This document shows, piece by piece, positions 29,812 to 40,218 of a stretch of DNA of 64,000 nucleotides. The first letter of the stretch is position 1. Every line of letters starts with the position of its first letter. The stretch spans positions 448,001 to 512,000 of the forward strand of contig CAXXTH010000017.1 in assembly GCA_963668025.2 (NCBI GenBank), read 5' to 3'. The notes under the pieces are model-generated. The model saw nothing but the letters and a program-made list of their open reading frames with translations, was not told the DNA's origin and ran no database searches. This DNA is from Candidatus Hydrogenedentota bacterium (GTDB taxonomy: Bacteria > Hydrogenedentota > Hydrogenedentia > Hydrogenedentales > SLHB01). The position numbers and the translations under genes are program-made.

Positions 29812-32154
29812 TTACGCTTCTGCCCGGGTGTGCTTCATAAGCCGAATAAGCATGTAACCCGCCATGCCCAGCAATGCGCAGGCGGATATCGCCAGTCCGA
29901 TGCGAAGGCTCCAAGGGAAATAGGTGTAGGTGATTTCATGGATGCCGGGCTCCAGCATGATGCCCCGGAAAGCGTGGTACACGGGGAAAATGGGTGTGGG
30001 CTTCCCGTCGACTCGAGCCTCCCAGCCGGGGTAATACGCATCCGCCAGCACCAGCACTCTTGGCCCTTCGGCGTAAGCGCGCACGGCCACATGGGTGGCG
30101 GTGCGGCTCGTCACCTCGGCGGAGCACCGCTCCGGCTCCGCCCGATCCGGCAAAGGCCCCGGCGGCGGGGCGTCCGTAACGGCTGTCCGGGTAGGATCAA
30201 ATCCTTCTTCCTTCATGCGCGCGAACAGGGCGTCCGTGCCGTTCACGACTTCCAAGCGCCCCACCAGAAAAGCCCTCGGGCAGGCCCATGTATCGCGATA
30301 CACCTCGATGCCGTCGCATACCGCCACCTGCTCGAAACGTCCAGGTTCCTCCAAAGGGAACAGCGGCTTCGAGTACGCGGGGTCATGGAGGCAATAATCC
30401 ACGGCGCAGGCAGGCTCGATGGTGGCAAAGAAGCGTTCCCCCATGCGCTTGTGCAATTGGATGGTGCGCGGCGGAAACAAGCCGTCATAGCCGAACAACT
30501 CTTCGATGCCGTAAGCCTGGAGGAATCCGGCGGGCACGCCGCCGGATTCGCAATACACCCGGCACGGTTTCGGCAGGCTTTCAAGATATTTCGTGAGGGC
30601 GGTCTCCGGATACAAGAGCCGTTCGGGAAACGTAGGATTCAACCCGCGCGTAGCCATAAGCAGATCAACGGCCAGCACGGTGGTAAGGAGCACCCATGTG
30701 GCGCGGGACGGCATGCGGCGCAGCGCGCCAATGGCGAGTGCGGCCAGCCCAGCCGCCGCAAGAACGCCGCCGATGGCGACTTGTTCGAGGACATAATCCG
30801 AGAGCTTCGCCAGGCGCAAATAGCCCGCGTTAAACGAATAGGCCAGCCACACCAGCCCGGCTACCCCTATCGCAAGCGCCAGCGGCCACGCCAGGTCGCG
30901 CCAGCTCCGGGGCCGGGACATCCAGTGCTCGATACCCAGCGCGCCCAGCACCGGCAGGGCCAGAAAGAGGAATCCGGCGTAATATAGGCCCATCATTAGC
31001 CGGAGCACCGGCAAGCGCGCCAGCAATGGGGTATCGAAAATCTGCGTCGCCGCCAGCAGGGCCGCCGCCGCTGTAATGCCCAAACAAACCGCCTGGGCCT
31101 TGCGCGGTTTTACACGTTCCCCCCGGGTGAAGAGAAGCATGACGCCAAACCAGACCATCAGCCCCGCGTAGAGCTGGATGTTTACGTTATGGTTGAGGCC
31201 TTCCCACGTGGTGTTTTCCACCGCCGTGCCGTAAAACCGGGGTATCCAAAACGACACCAGCATGCCCGGCGTCAGGAATAGGGAGCGTGAGGCATTGGCC
31301 GACTCCGGTTCCGAGGCCACGAGGCACAGATATTCGAGAAATGGCAGTAATTGCGCCGCGCAGAGCGCCAGCGCCAGCGCCCATCCGCCCGCGCACGCCG
31401 CCATGGGTTTCCATAATGCTCCGCCGGTCCGGCGTTCCCCCGCCAGCCGCAGCGCGAAGTACAGCCCGAGGCCGAGGCCCATGCCGAAAGCCGATTCGGG
31501 ATGCCCTGCCAAAAGCAGCATGGCCCCGCCCAGAACCGTGGCCCAAAATGCGCCCCGGTAACGCCCTTCAAGGGCCAGCTCGATCGCACCCAGCAATACA
31601 GGAACCCAAACCGCTACATCCGTGAGCGGCCATTCGCACCACACGGTGGCGTATCCGCCCAGCATGCACGCCACGGATAGAAACCGGGCCGCGGGCGCGT
31701 TCAATCGCCATATGCGCCCGCACCAATAGGCCGTCGCGCCGCACAGCCACAGCTTGAGCAGGATGAACAGTGTCGTGGCCAGATGCAGCGAAAACACCAA
31801 ATGCAGCAGGCGAGGCGGATAAAATACGGCGCTTTGGCAATTGGCCAATAAAGGCGTGCCGAAAAGCTGAAGGGGATTCCACAACGGCCATTCCCCATTT
31901 TTGATAGCATTCTTCGTGTGCAGATAGAAATTATTGAACGCGGTTAAGGGATCGAGTTGCAACGGGTTCGCCGGGCGCGTCCAGCCTTCGGGCGCATAAA
32001 ACTTCCACGGAGCGTAGGCGAATAGATTGTCGCCAGGCACGATGCGCTCCCCGCGCAAGAATACGCCAGGAAACAGCACAACCAACAGCGCGGCAAGCAG
32101 GAGGGCCTGCGCAAGCCATTCGCGCCGCGTGATTTGGGGGACGGGCATGCTCAT
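29812..32154 (-). CDS. YfhO family GT-C membrane protein
   Basis: PLWNP...GTPLLAN, GHPE, LVLADAYYPGWEARVDG. Confidence 0.88.
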   Translation of the reverse strand: MSMPVPQITRREWLAQALLLAALLVVLFPGVFLRGERIVPGDNLFAYAPWKFYAPEGWTRPANPLQLDPLTAFNNFYLHTKNAIKNGEWPLWNPLQLFGTPLLANCQSAVFYPPRLLHLVFSLHLATTLFILLKLWLCGATAYWCGRIWRLNAPAARFLSVACMLGGYATVWCEWPLTDVAVWVPVLLGAIELALEGRYRGAFWATVLGGAMLLLAGHPESAFGMGLGLGLYFALRLAGERRTGGALWKPMAACAGGWALALALCAAQLLPFLEYLCLVASEPESANASRSLFLTPGMLVSFWIPRFYGTAVENTTWEGLNHNVNIQLYAGLMVWFGVMLLFTRGERVKPRKAQAVCLGITAAAALLAATQIFDTPLLARLPVLRLMMGLYYAGFLFLALPVLGALGIEHWMSRPRSWRDLAWPLALAIGVAGLVWLAYSFNAGYLRLAKLSDYVLEQVAIGGVLAAAGLAALAIGALRRMPSRATWVLLTTVLAVDLLMATRGLNPTFPERLLYPETALTKYLESLPKPCRVYCESGGVPAGFLQAYGIEELFGYDGLFPPRTIQLHKRMGERFFATIEPACAVDYCLHDPAYSKPLFPLEEPGRFEQVAVCDGIEVYRDTWACPRAFLVGRLEVVNGTDALFARMKEEGFDPTRTAVTDAPPPGPLPDRAEPERCSAEVTSRTATHVAVRAYAEGPRVLVLADAYYPGWEARVDGKPTPIFPVYHAFRGIMLEPGIHEITYTYFPWSLRIGLAISACALLGMAGYMLIRLMKHTRAEA

Positions 32155-32204
32155 ACGGCGAGTGTAGCCCCCTACCTTTCCGTGAAGCAATAGGTGAAAA
32201 ATTC

Positions 32205-32275
32205 GTAATCCTGTAGCCGACTGAAGAAGCATCTGATATTTTTAGGCCTTGTGCATCGCAACGAGGTTGATGCAT
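32205..32275. repeat. Truncated, degenerate left end of MITE family A
   Basis: GTAATCCTGTAGCCGACTGAAGAAGCATCTGATATTT matches family A ends. Confidence 0.55.
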
Positions 32276-32445
32276 TACATTCCATATAACGGCGCAACTA
32301 GATTTTCGATTACCCTTGCGTTCTTGGCGGCTTTGCGTGCGTATAAATTGGATTAACGCAAAATGCTAATTAAGTTAATCATTTAAATCATTATATTTCA
32401 CAAGAAGGCGCGAAGCCGCAAAGACTCAATAAGCCGGATTGCCAT

Positions 32446-34368
32446 TCAATCATTCGTCTGTATGCTCGTGAGCGTTTCAAGTTGCTGGTTTGCATGGATA
32501 TTGCCGGGCTCGATGGCGAGGGCGCTATTAAATGCGACGCAGGCGTCTTTCGTCCGGCCTTGCGCGCGCAGCGCCATGCCAAGGCCAATGAATCCCTGGG
32601 CGTCCATTGGATTCACTTCTGTTTGGCGGGCAAACAGGCGCTCCGCTCCAACGTAATCATTCTTTTTCAGCAACGTCTGGCCCAAGTTATAGAGTGCGTC
32701 CACGGAATCCGGCTCTGATTCGAGCGCTTCCCGGAGCAGCCGCTCGGCTTCATCGAGCCGGTTCTGCATGGCGCATACGATACCCAAGTTCAGCTTGGCC
32801 TGCGCCGATTGTGGGGCCGCTTTTATAAGCTCTCTAAATATCGCATCAGCATCCGCCAGGCGTCCTTGCCGCATATAAGCGATGCCCAGGTTCGTATACG
32901 CCCGGCTGTCATCTCGATTGCGTAAAATGGCCAAACGGAACCGCCGGGCCGCGCCATCCCAGTCGCCTTTGGCCAGCAGCGCCGTACCCAGGTTGTAGTC
33001 GGCGTCACGCGATTTCGGCGCGATCTCGAGCACGCGCTTGTAATGGGCGATGGCGTCATCACAGCGGCCTTCGGCCAGCAGCGCGCCTGCCAGATTTTTA
33101 TGGGCGACAAAGTTGCGCTCCTCAACAATCAAGGCGTTCTCGAACAGCGCGATGCTGTCACGCCAAAAGCCAATTTGATGCCACGTGAGCGCAGCCAGAA
33201 CGGCCAGCGCCCCCAGCGCCGCAGGCGCGAGCAGTCCGTTTCGCCGGGGAAGGTGGCGCGTGAGGTTTTCCGCGCTCCACGCCAGCAATATGAACAGGCC
33301 CACGAGCGGCACGTAGGTGTAACGGTCCGCCATGGCCTGCGCGCCGACTTGCACGATGCCAATGACCGGCGCGAGCGTGCCGAGAAACCAGAACCAGCCC
33401 ACGGCTGCCCAAGGCGCGCGCCGCCATAGTCCAATCACGAGCGCTGAAACCAAGACGAGTCCCGCAGCCGAAAGCACAATATAGATAATGGGCGGCATGC
33501 TTTCCGGGAAGGGATAATAGGCGGAGAGCGGACGTGGCAGGAGCGTTTTGCCGATATACGCCCAGCAGGAAACCAATGCGTTGGCGATGCGTAAATCCAT
33601 GGGAGCGGCATCGAGCGTCCGCAATGCGCCGCCTTGTTGCTGCATAGATAGGGTGATCCACGAAGCGCCCGCGCTCAATAAGAAAAGCGGCGCTTTTTCG
33701 AGGATGAGCTTTCCCGCGCCCCGCAGCCATGCCCGTGCGCCCTTTGCCTCCCGCAACCGCCCGAAGGGCCAATAATCCAGCAGCAGGAGGGTGCAAGGCA
33801 ACGTCACAAGCATGGGCTTAGACATCAACCCCAACGCAAACCATAGAGCAACCAAGCCATATCGCCAGATAGAAGGTTTCTTCACATATTGCAGGTAGGC
33901 CAGCAACGCGAGGAACCAGAACAAGGTGCTGAGGACATCTTTCCGTTCCGCCACCCACGCCACGGATTCCACATGCAGCGGATGCAGCAGAAACAGCGCC
34001 GCCGTGAACGCGCTGGGCCATCGCGCCCCCGTGGCGCGAAGCAGAAACAGAAAAAGGAGCAGCCCATTGAGCGCGTGCAACGCGATGCTTGTGGCGTGGT
34101 GCCCTCGAGGCTCAAGCCCCCAAAGCTGGCAATCCAGCATATGGGAAAGCCAGGTAAGGGGGTGCCAATTCGAGGCATGGCCGGTGGTGAACGCCCATGA
34201 CACACCGCTCCAAGAAAGCCCGGCTTGTGTTTCGACGTTCTCAGTGACATACAGCCCGTCGTCCAGATTGACAAATCCGTTCTGGATGGCGGGCGCATAG
34301 GCCAGCATGGCCGCGGCCAGCAGGACAAGCCCGATCAGCGTATCTGTTCGTGAGAACCGAAACGGCAT
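32446..34368 (-). CDS. TMTC-like GT-C glycosyltransferase with TPR repeats
   Basis: NLDD, NWHPLTWLSH, HPLHVESVAWVAERKD, ADRYTY, TPR tail. Confidence 0.88.
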   Translation of the reverse strand: MPFRFSRTDTLIGLVLLAAAMLAYAPAIQNGFVNLDDGLYVTENVETQAGLSWSGVSWAFTTGHASNWHPLTWLSHMLDCQLWGLEPRGHHATSIALHALNGLLLFLFLLRATGARWPSAFTAALFLLHPLHVESVAWVAERKDVLSTLFWFLALLAYLQYVKKPSIWRYGLVALWFALGLMSKPMLVTLPCTLLLLDYWPFGRLREAKGARAWLRGAGKLILEKAPLFLLSAGASWITLSMQQQGGALRTLDAAPMDLRIANALVSCWAYIGKTLLPRPLSAYYPFPESMPPIIYIVLSAAGLVLVSALVIGLWRRAPWAAVGWFWFLGTLAPVIGIVQVGAQAMADRYTYVPLVGLFILLAWSAENLTRHLPRRNGLLAPAALGALAVLAALTWHQIGFWRDSIALFENALIVEERNFVAHKNLAGALLAEGRCDDAIAHYKRVLEIAPKSRDADYNLGTALLAKGDWDGAARRFRLAILRNRDDSRAYTNLGIAYMRQGRLADADAIFRELIKAAPQSAQAKLNLGIVCAMQNRLDEAERLLREALESEPDSVDALYNLGQTLLKKNDYVGAERLFARQTEVNPMDAQGFIGLGMALRAQGRTKDACVAFNSALAIEPGNIHANQQLETLTSIQTND

Positions 34369-34500
34369 GGAATCTACGCCTCCCGAAAAACCAACATTTA
34401 ATATAGGCGAATCAATACATTAAATGATAAAAATACGGTCCTCATAATCGTGTGGCATGGAATGCGCAGGCTCATCTTCTTGGTAAAGTCGAGTTATTTT

Positions 34501-34636
34501 CAACGCGGAGGCGCGGAGAACACAAAGTATCGCAGAGGTCCACTCTTCTCTATTCTCGAATGTGCGAATAAACAGTTCGAGCGTATTTTTTCTACTTTGC
34601 GGATCTCTGCGTTCTCTGCGTTGAAAATAACCGTCC
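34501..34636. repeat. Palindromic repeat family B copy
   Basis: Closely similar to 4808-4950 including the central TCTCTATTCTCGAATGTGCGAATAA. Confidence 0.85.
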
Positions 34637-34705
34637 ATATCGAGTTGTACAAATAGGGTGTTCCGTATCATAACAATCTTGTCCAGCATGTAAAGTAAAT
34701 CATGT

Positions 34706-36616
34706 CTAAAAAGAAGCGCTGATGGCCTTCACGCCGTTTTGGGCGTCCGTGTTTTTCGGGTCAAGCCGCAGGGCCGCCTGATACCGTGCGAGCGCTTCTT
34801 CCTGCTGGCCCAGCGCTTGCAGCGCCATGGCGGAATTCACCAGCGCGCTCACGCTGTTAGGCTCCTGCGCCAGATAGCGGTCCAAGTATTCGAGGGCCTC
34901 CTGGTGACGCCCCATCGCACGCAGCGCCACGCCTAGGTTGAGCCAGCCGCCCGGCGTATCTGGGGCCAGCGCGCTGGCCTGTTGGAAATAGGGAAACGCC
35001 TCGCTGATACGGCCTTGAGCGGCCAGCGCCGTCCCGAGGCAGGTGAGCGCTTCGGCGGAATCTGGGTCGAGCGCATGGGCTTTCCGCGCGGCCGCCGCCG
35101 CTTCTTCCATCCGCCCGGTGCGAAAATAGGCAAGGCTGAGATTGATATGCGGCTGGCTTTCCGTGGGGCCTAGCAATATGGCCTGTTCGAGCCAGGACAC
35201 GGCGTCCGTGGGCGCGCCGTGTTTGAGAAGCACCGTGCCCACATCATAGAACCCCTCCCATTTGTTGGGGGCAAGTTCGGTGACGCGCACCAAATGGCGC
35301 AACGCTTCGTCGATGCGGCCCGCGTCTTCCAACCCGCTCGCCAGGCTTTTATGGGCCGAGGGATTCTCTTCCGTCACGGCAACGGCCCGCTCGAACATGG
35401 CGATGCGGTCCTTCCAGAATCCCACTTGCCGGCAGGTGAGGCCCGCCAGGATGGCCAAGATAAACAAGGATATGGCCCAAGGCAGCGCCCGTGGCATTCG
35501 GAGGCGGCGCGGCAGCGCATCGAAGCTCCACGCCAGCGCGATGAACAGGCCAATGAGGGGAATGTAGGTATATCGTTCCGAGATGATTTGATCGCCTACC
35601 TGCACGATGCCGATGACTGGCGCGAGCGTGCCGAGATACCAAAACCATCCCACGATACCCCAGGGAGCGCGGCGGCGCGCCATCCAGCAGGCAGCCGTGA
35701 CGCCCGCCATCCCCAGCAGAATAGCCGCGATGGAAGCGATACTGGGGGCGTACACCGCATAGATGGGATGCATGATGGTGAGGCCGCGCGGGATGAACAT
35801 GAGTTTGACGTAGAGAAAATACGCCAGCACGATCTTGAAGAACCGTTCATCCAGGGGCAGGTTCTCGAGGCTCCGCACCGCGCCGCCATGATTTTGCACC
35901 ATATAGGTGATGATGCTCGATGCGATGGTCAGCGCGAACAAAGGGATTTTCTCGAATATGAGCCACGCGCCCCGGCGCACGAAACCAGATGCCCCTTCGA
36001 ACCGCCCCAACGGCCAATAATCGAGCAGGAGCAGGACGCACGGAAGCGTCACCAGCATGGGCTTGGCCATCAGCCCGAGGGCGAAGAACACCGCGGTGAG
36101 GGCATACGCCCCGAATGTGCGACGGCGCACGAAGCGCAGGTAGGCCAGCAGCGCCAGCATGGCGAAAAACGTGCTGAGCACGTCCTTGCGCTCCGCCACC
36201 CACGCCACGGACTCGACATGGAGCGGATGCAGCGCAAACAAAGCCGCCACCAGCAAGCTAGGCCCGATACGGCCCGTGGCCTTGCGCAAGAAAAGGTAAA
36301 GCAAGAGGGTGCTGGCCAGGTGCAGCATCAGGTTGGTGAGCAAGTGCATGCCCGCGTTCAGGCCATATAACGTGCAATCGAGCTGGTGCGAGAGCCAGGT
36401 GATGGGGTGCCAATTGGCGACCTCGCCGGAGCGGAAGGCCCAAACGGCGTTTTCGAGAGACAGGCCCGTGCGTACGTGGGGATTATCCATGATATACAAC
36501 GGGTCGTCGTAATTGGTGAACGAATGGCCCACGACTTGGGCGTATACGGCAATCGTGGCCGCCGCCAGGGCCGCCACCCACAACGCCTCCGCCCGGCGGC
36601 TCATCAGGACAGTCAC
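34706..36616 (-). CDS. TMTC-like GT-C glycosyltransferase with TPR repeats
   Basis: NYDD, NWHPITWLSH, HPLHVESVAWVAERKD, SERYTY, TPR tail. Confidence 0.88.
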   Translation of the reverse strand: MTVLMSRRAEALWVAALAAATIAVYAQVVGHSFTNYDDPLYIMDNPHVRTGLSLENAVWAFRSGEVANWHPITWLSHQLDCTLYGLNAGMHLLTNLMLHLASTLLLYLFLRKATGRIGPSLLVAALFALHPLHVESVAWVAERKDVLSTFFAMLALLAYLRFVRRRTFGAYALTAVFFALGLMAKPMLVTLPCVLLLLDYWPLGRFEGASGFVRRGAWLIFEKIPLFALTIASSIITYMVQNHGGAVRSLENLPLDERFFKIVLAYFLYVKLMFIPRGLTIMHPIYAVYAPSIASIAAILLGMAGVTAACWMARRRAPWGIVGWFWYLGTLAPVIGIVQVGDQIISERYTYIPLIGLFIALAWSFDALPRRLRMPRALPWAISLFILAILAGLTCRQVGFWKDRIAMFERAVAVTEENPSAHKSLASGLEDAGRIDEALRHLVRVTELAPNKWEGFYDVGTVLLKHGAPTDAVSWLEQAILLGPTESQPHINLSLAYFRTGRMEEAAAAARKAHALDPDSAEALTCLGTALAAQGRISEAFPYFQQASALAPDTPGGWLNLGVALRAMGRHQEALEYLDRYLAQEPNSVSALVNSAMALQALGQQEEALARYQAALRLDPKNTDAQNGVKAISASF

Positions 36617-36637
36617 GAGAAGAATCCCTTTCCCTGG

Positions 36638-37054
36638 CTACCGAAGCTGTTTGCCCGTCGAGCTCATGGAGACCGTGGCGTGGAGCACGCCCTTTTGCTG
36701 GCGGAGCTGTTCGGCCAGTTCTTGGATGATGCTGGGCTTTCCCTTGGCCATGATCATCTCGGCGCACATGTCATGGTCCAGATGCACATGCGTGGTAGCC
36801 AGAATGGCATGATGGTGTTCATGCTGGAGCGAGGTGAGCTTATCCGAGAGCCGCCGGGTTTCGTGGTTATACACCAGCGTGATGGTGCCCACCGCTTCTT
36901 CGCCTTCTTTCCATTCCTCTTCGACCAGCCGCCCGCGGATCAGATCCCGAATGAATTCGGAACGATTCCGGTACTCGGTTCCTTGCATGAGCTGGTCCAT
37001 GCGCTCAAAAAGCGAACTCTCGATGGTGAAACTCAAACGGATTAAGTCGCTCAT
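36638..37054 (-). CDS. nikR: Nickel-responsive transcriptional regulator NikR
   Basis: RHH NRSEFIRDLIR; LVYNHE, QHEHH, HVHLDHDMCAE. Confidence 0.93.
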   Translation of the reverse strand: MSDLIRLSFTIESSLFERMDQLMQGTEYRNRSEFIRDLIRGRLVEEEWKEGEEAVGTITLVYNHETRRLSDKLTSLQHEHHHAILATTHVHLDHDMCAEMIMAKGKPSIIQELAEQLRQQKGVLHATVSMSSTGKQLR

Positions 37055-37200
37055 ATATGGCATCCTCGCGGCTATTCGCCGGCATGCCGCACGGAAAACA
37101 CCCTCGCGCAGCGGCCCCACGTGATTCCCTCCTTGGAGTATAACAAAGCAGGGGCGCGCCTCCAAGTGAACGACTTCGCTATGCCCATGGGGCAGCTTGG

Positions 37201-37229
37201 TTGACACTCTTGCGGCATGGAGATAGAAT
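37201..37229 (+). promoter_or_regulatory. Sigma70-type promoter
   Basis: TTGACA-N17-TAGAAT, 44 bp upstream of ATG 37273. Confidence 0.8.
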
Positions 37230-37272
37230 TGCGTCGATCAAGTGGGGCGAATGGCCTAAATAGGTGGCGCAC

Positions 37273-39417
37273 ATGAAACGGTACAGTTTCAGCAGCTTTC
37301 TGGTGGATGATTCAAATCGGAAGGCATATCAGATCTGCCAGGATTTCGCTGAGTTGCGTCCGGTGGAGCCGCAGCCCGTGCTGCTTCTGGGCGATGAATC
37401 CAGCGGCAAGACGCATCTGCTCTATTCCATTGTCAACCGGGTCCGGGCAAGCTCCGCCCGGGCGGGCATCGCGTATATGAGCGGCCGCGTCTCGGAAGAG
37501 GTGCGTGCGCTGTTGGATGATCCCCGGCCCGTGCAGGAAGCCGAACACGCCATTCTGCTGGTCGATCAACTCGAACAGTTCAGCGAATTGATGAACGAAC
37601 TCGAGCAAATCGCCCGGCTCTTTCTCGAACAAGGCCATTACATCATGCTGGCCAGCAATATCCATCCCAGCCGCTTAACCAATATCCCCGCCGGATTGCG
37701 CCAGTTGGTGTTATCGGGCCAAGTCGTGGTGATTGATCCCCATGGCGCGGAGACGCAGCTCGAGGTGGTGCGGCGGCAAGTACTGGCCGATAACGAAGGG
37801 GAGCTGTCGCGGCAGCGCGAGGAGATCGAGAACCTCCGCCAGCTTCTCGAGAACACGCAGCAAGCGGTGCAAAGCAACAGCCAGCCGGAAACGCCCCGGC
37901 TGCGTTCGGAACTCGAGACGGCGCACGCGGAGCTCGAAAATCTGCGGACGGAAAAACTCCGCCTGGCCATGCAGCTCGAATCGAAGCCGCAAGATGACGG
38001 CCTTGCCAAGCGCCTTGACGAAGCCCAGGCGGAACTCGCGCGATTACGCGCCGAAAACCAGCGCATTCAGGAAGAGCTGCAAGCCGAAAAGGCCATGCCG
38101 CGTGCGCCGGAGACGGAAGTAGAGGGCCTCGCACAGCGCCTTGCGGAAGCGGAACGGGAACAGGTGAAAGCCCAGCAGAAGCTGGCGGAGTTCCAGGCCG
38201 CATGGGAGTCCTTAGAAGCGGGCCGGACCAGCTTGCAAGAAGATCGTGCGCTCCTGGATAACGAAAAAACGGCGGTTGCCGCCGCGCGCGCCGCATGTGA
38301 CCGGCAGCGGGCCGAATTGGAGCGTGAACGGGCGGGTTTAGCCGCTGTACAAGCGGAGCTCGAACATGAGCGCGCCGCCGTAGGGCCTGTTCAGGAAGAA
38401 TTCGAAACCGTGCAAGCCGCCGTCAATCAGGAAAAAGCCCTGCTCGAGTCGCTGCGAAAAGAAGCTGAAACCGCACGCGCCGAATTGACGCATCATCAGG
38501 CGGAGCTTGCCCATGCGTCGGATATGCATGCGACGGGCCGCGAGATGCTGGATTCCTTGCGCGCCCAGCTTTCCACGGAACAGGCCGCATTTGACACGGA
38601 ACGGGCGGAATTCGAACAACGGCAGCACGTATTCACTCAAGAATCCCGCGCACTATTGCAGCGTTACGAGAATCTCGAGCACGCCAGCACGGAATTAGAG
38701 GAACGCGCCAGCAGCATTTTAGAAGGCGCACGGCAGGCAGTGGCGCAATTGGACGAAGGCGGCGGCCGCTTGGCGCGTTTCGAGGCCGAACGGGAGGCGC
38801 AGGCCGCCGAATTGAGGTCTATGTTCGAGTCAGCCCGCGCCATGGCGGATGCGCGGCCGATAGCGGATCAAGCTTCCATGGATGCGCTTCACACGGAATT
38901 AGCGAATGTGAAGGCCCAACTCGAGGAAGCACATGCACAGCTTAATCAGCGTATGTCGGCTATCGAGGATATCCGTGTCCAGCTCGAACAAGAGCGGGCG
39001 GCCCGGCTCGAAAGCGAAGAGCAATGGGCGTTGCGCATGCACGAGCAGGGAAACACCCTCAAAGAGGCGCAAAGCGGCGAGCAGGCGGCGCTTAGCCGGT
39101 TCGAGCAGTCCCAATCCGATTTAGCGGCGCTTCGCGCCGAGCTTTCAGAATTGCGCAAAGAAGCGGCCGGCCAGGTAGCCGAGGCGCAAGCCTATTCGGG
39201 CGAACTCGAGGGACGTTTGGCGCGCCTTCATACGGAAACCGTTGAAGCGCGGGAAAGCCGGGCGAATGCCGAAGCGCGGCTGCGTATGATGCAAGAGCGC
39301 GTATCCGCCGCGAAGAAGCTTTTACACGAGATCTCCGCACCCGTGCGGCAAGAAAATGACATTCTGCTCGATGAATTGGGCGCTCAGGATGCGCCTGCCG
39401 CATCTCATGAAGCCTAA
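37273..39417 (+). CDS. DnaA/Hda-like ATPase domain fused to a long coiled coil
   Basis: YSFSSFLVDDSNRKAY, GDESSGKTHLL, ILLVDQLE; ~550 aa E/Q/A/R/L heptad-rich tail. Confidence 0.8.
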   Translation: MKRYSFSSFLVDDSNRKAYQICQDFAELRPVEPQPVLLLGDESSGKTHLLYSIVNRVRASSARAGIAYMSGRVSEEVRALLDDPRPVQEAEHAILLVDQLEQFSELMNELEQIARLFLEQGHYIMLASNIHPSRLTNIPAGLRQLVLSGQVVVIDPHGAETQLEVVRRQVLADNEGELSRQREEIENLRQLLENTQQAVQSNSQPETPRLRSELETAHAELENLRTEKLRLAMQLESKPQDDGLAKRLDEAQAELARLRAENQRIQEELQAEKAMPRAPETEVEGLAQRLAEAEREQVKAQQKLAEFQAAWESLEAGRTSLQEDRALLDNEKTAVAAARAACDRQRAELERERAGLAAVQAELEHERAAVGPVQEEFETVQAAVNQEKALLESLRKEAETARAELTHHQAELAHASDMHATGREMLDSLRAQLSTEQAAFDTERAEFEQRQHVFTQESRALLQRYENLEHASTELEERASSILEGARQAVAQLDEGGGRLARFEAEREAQAAELRSMFESARAMADARPIADQASMDALHTELANVKAQLEEAHAQLNQRMSAIEDIRVQLEQERAARLESEEQWALRMHEQGNTLKEAQSGEQAALSRFEQSQSDLAALRAELSELRKEAAGQVAEAQAYSGELEGRLARLHTETVEARESRANAEARLRMMQERVSAAKKLLHEISAPVRQENDILLDELGAQDAPAASHEA

Positions 39418-39521
39418 GCTCTTCGCTGCGCCCTAGTGTTAATCCCCTTCTGAACAAACAGAACCGGCCCCAGAACACCTATCTGAAGCCGGTTCAACTT
39501 CGTGGTTCGCCTGGCGCGACG

Positions 39522-39827
39522 TTATTTTTTTACCGCGGCAGGGGTGATGGCGTCTTTCGCGGCCTTGGCGATGCGGAACTTGAGCACCTTCTTGGCCGGG
39601 ATTTTGATCGTTTCACCCGTGGCGGGGTTGCGGCCTTTGCGCGCTTTACGGCTGACTACGACCAGCTTGCCAACGCCCGGAAGCGTGAATCCCGTTTTGG
39701 CTTCTTTGTAGGCCATTTCGGTCAATCCCGCGAGTACATCCGTAACCTGTTTTTTCGACAGGCCCGTCTGCTCCGCTAAATTGGCTACGATCTGCGCTTT
39801 TGTCAAGGGTTTCTTCGGTGCTGCCAT
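39522..39827 (-). CDS. hup: HU family DNA-binding protein
   Basis: RKARKGRNPATGETIKIPAKKVLKF. Confidence 0.95.
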   Translation of the reverse strand: MAAPKKPLTKAQIVANLAEQTGLSKKQVTDVLAGLTEMAYKEAKTGFTLPGVGKLVVVSRKARKGRNPATGETIKIPAKKVLKFRIAKAAKDAITPAAVKK

Positions 39828-40218
39828 GCTTCAGTCTCCTTGGTTAGGGCCCGGCTCCCCGTTCACAATACCCTTCGCGCCCACAGTAAATCGCACGAAA
39901 AGCGTACTACCGCCAGAATATTCACCGGCCCCTGTCATGCTTTTTTCACCACTACTGTATTCCTTAGCGTGTAAATATCCTTTTGTCAAGCCCTTTTTTC
40001 AGGGTGAAAATGAAATTGAACGCCGAATCGCCCCGTCATTAGGGGCCAAAATGCGTTTTGCCTACTAACATACTACGGATGAACAAAAATAAGCCCAATC
40101 GCAGCAAGCACTTATGGCTTAATTGATCTATCCCGCCTTCTGGGCTATATTTATCAGAACAAAGCGTTTGAATCTGGCGCCCAGTAGTGCAATCGCAGCT
40201 AAAAGGAATGGTGGAAGT

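Noticed and set aside
29830-36370. Long antisense ORFs (e.g. 29830-30987, 35219-36370)
   Set aside because: Shadow ORFs of GC-rich genes with no motifs or RBS
37273-39417. Call as true dnaA or SMC
   Set aside because: No DnaA DNA-binding domain IV and no dnaN neighbour; no hinge or C-terminal Walker B half as in SMC
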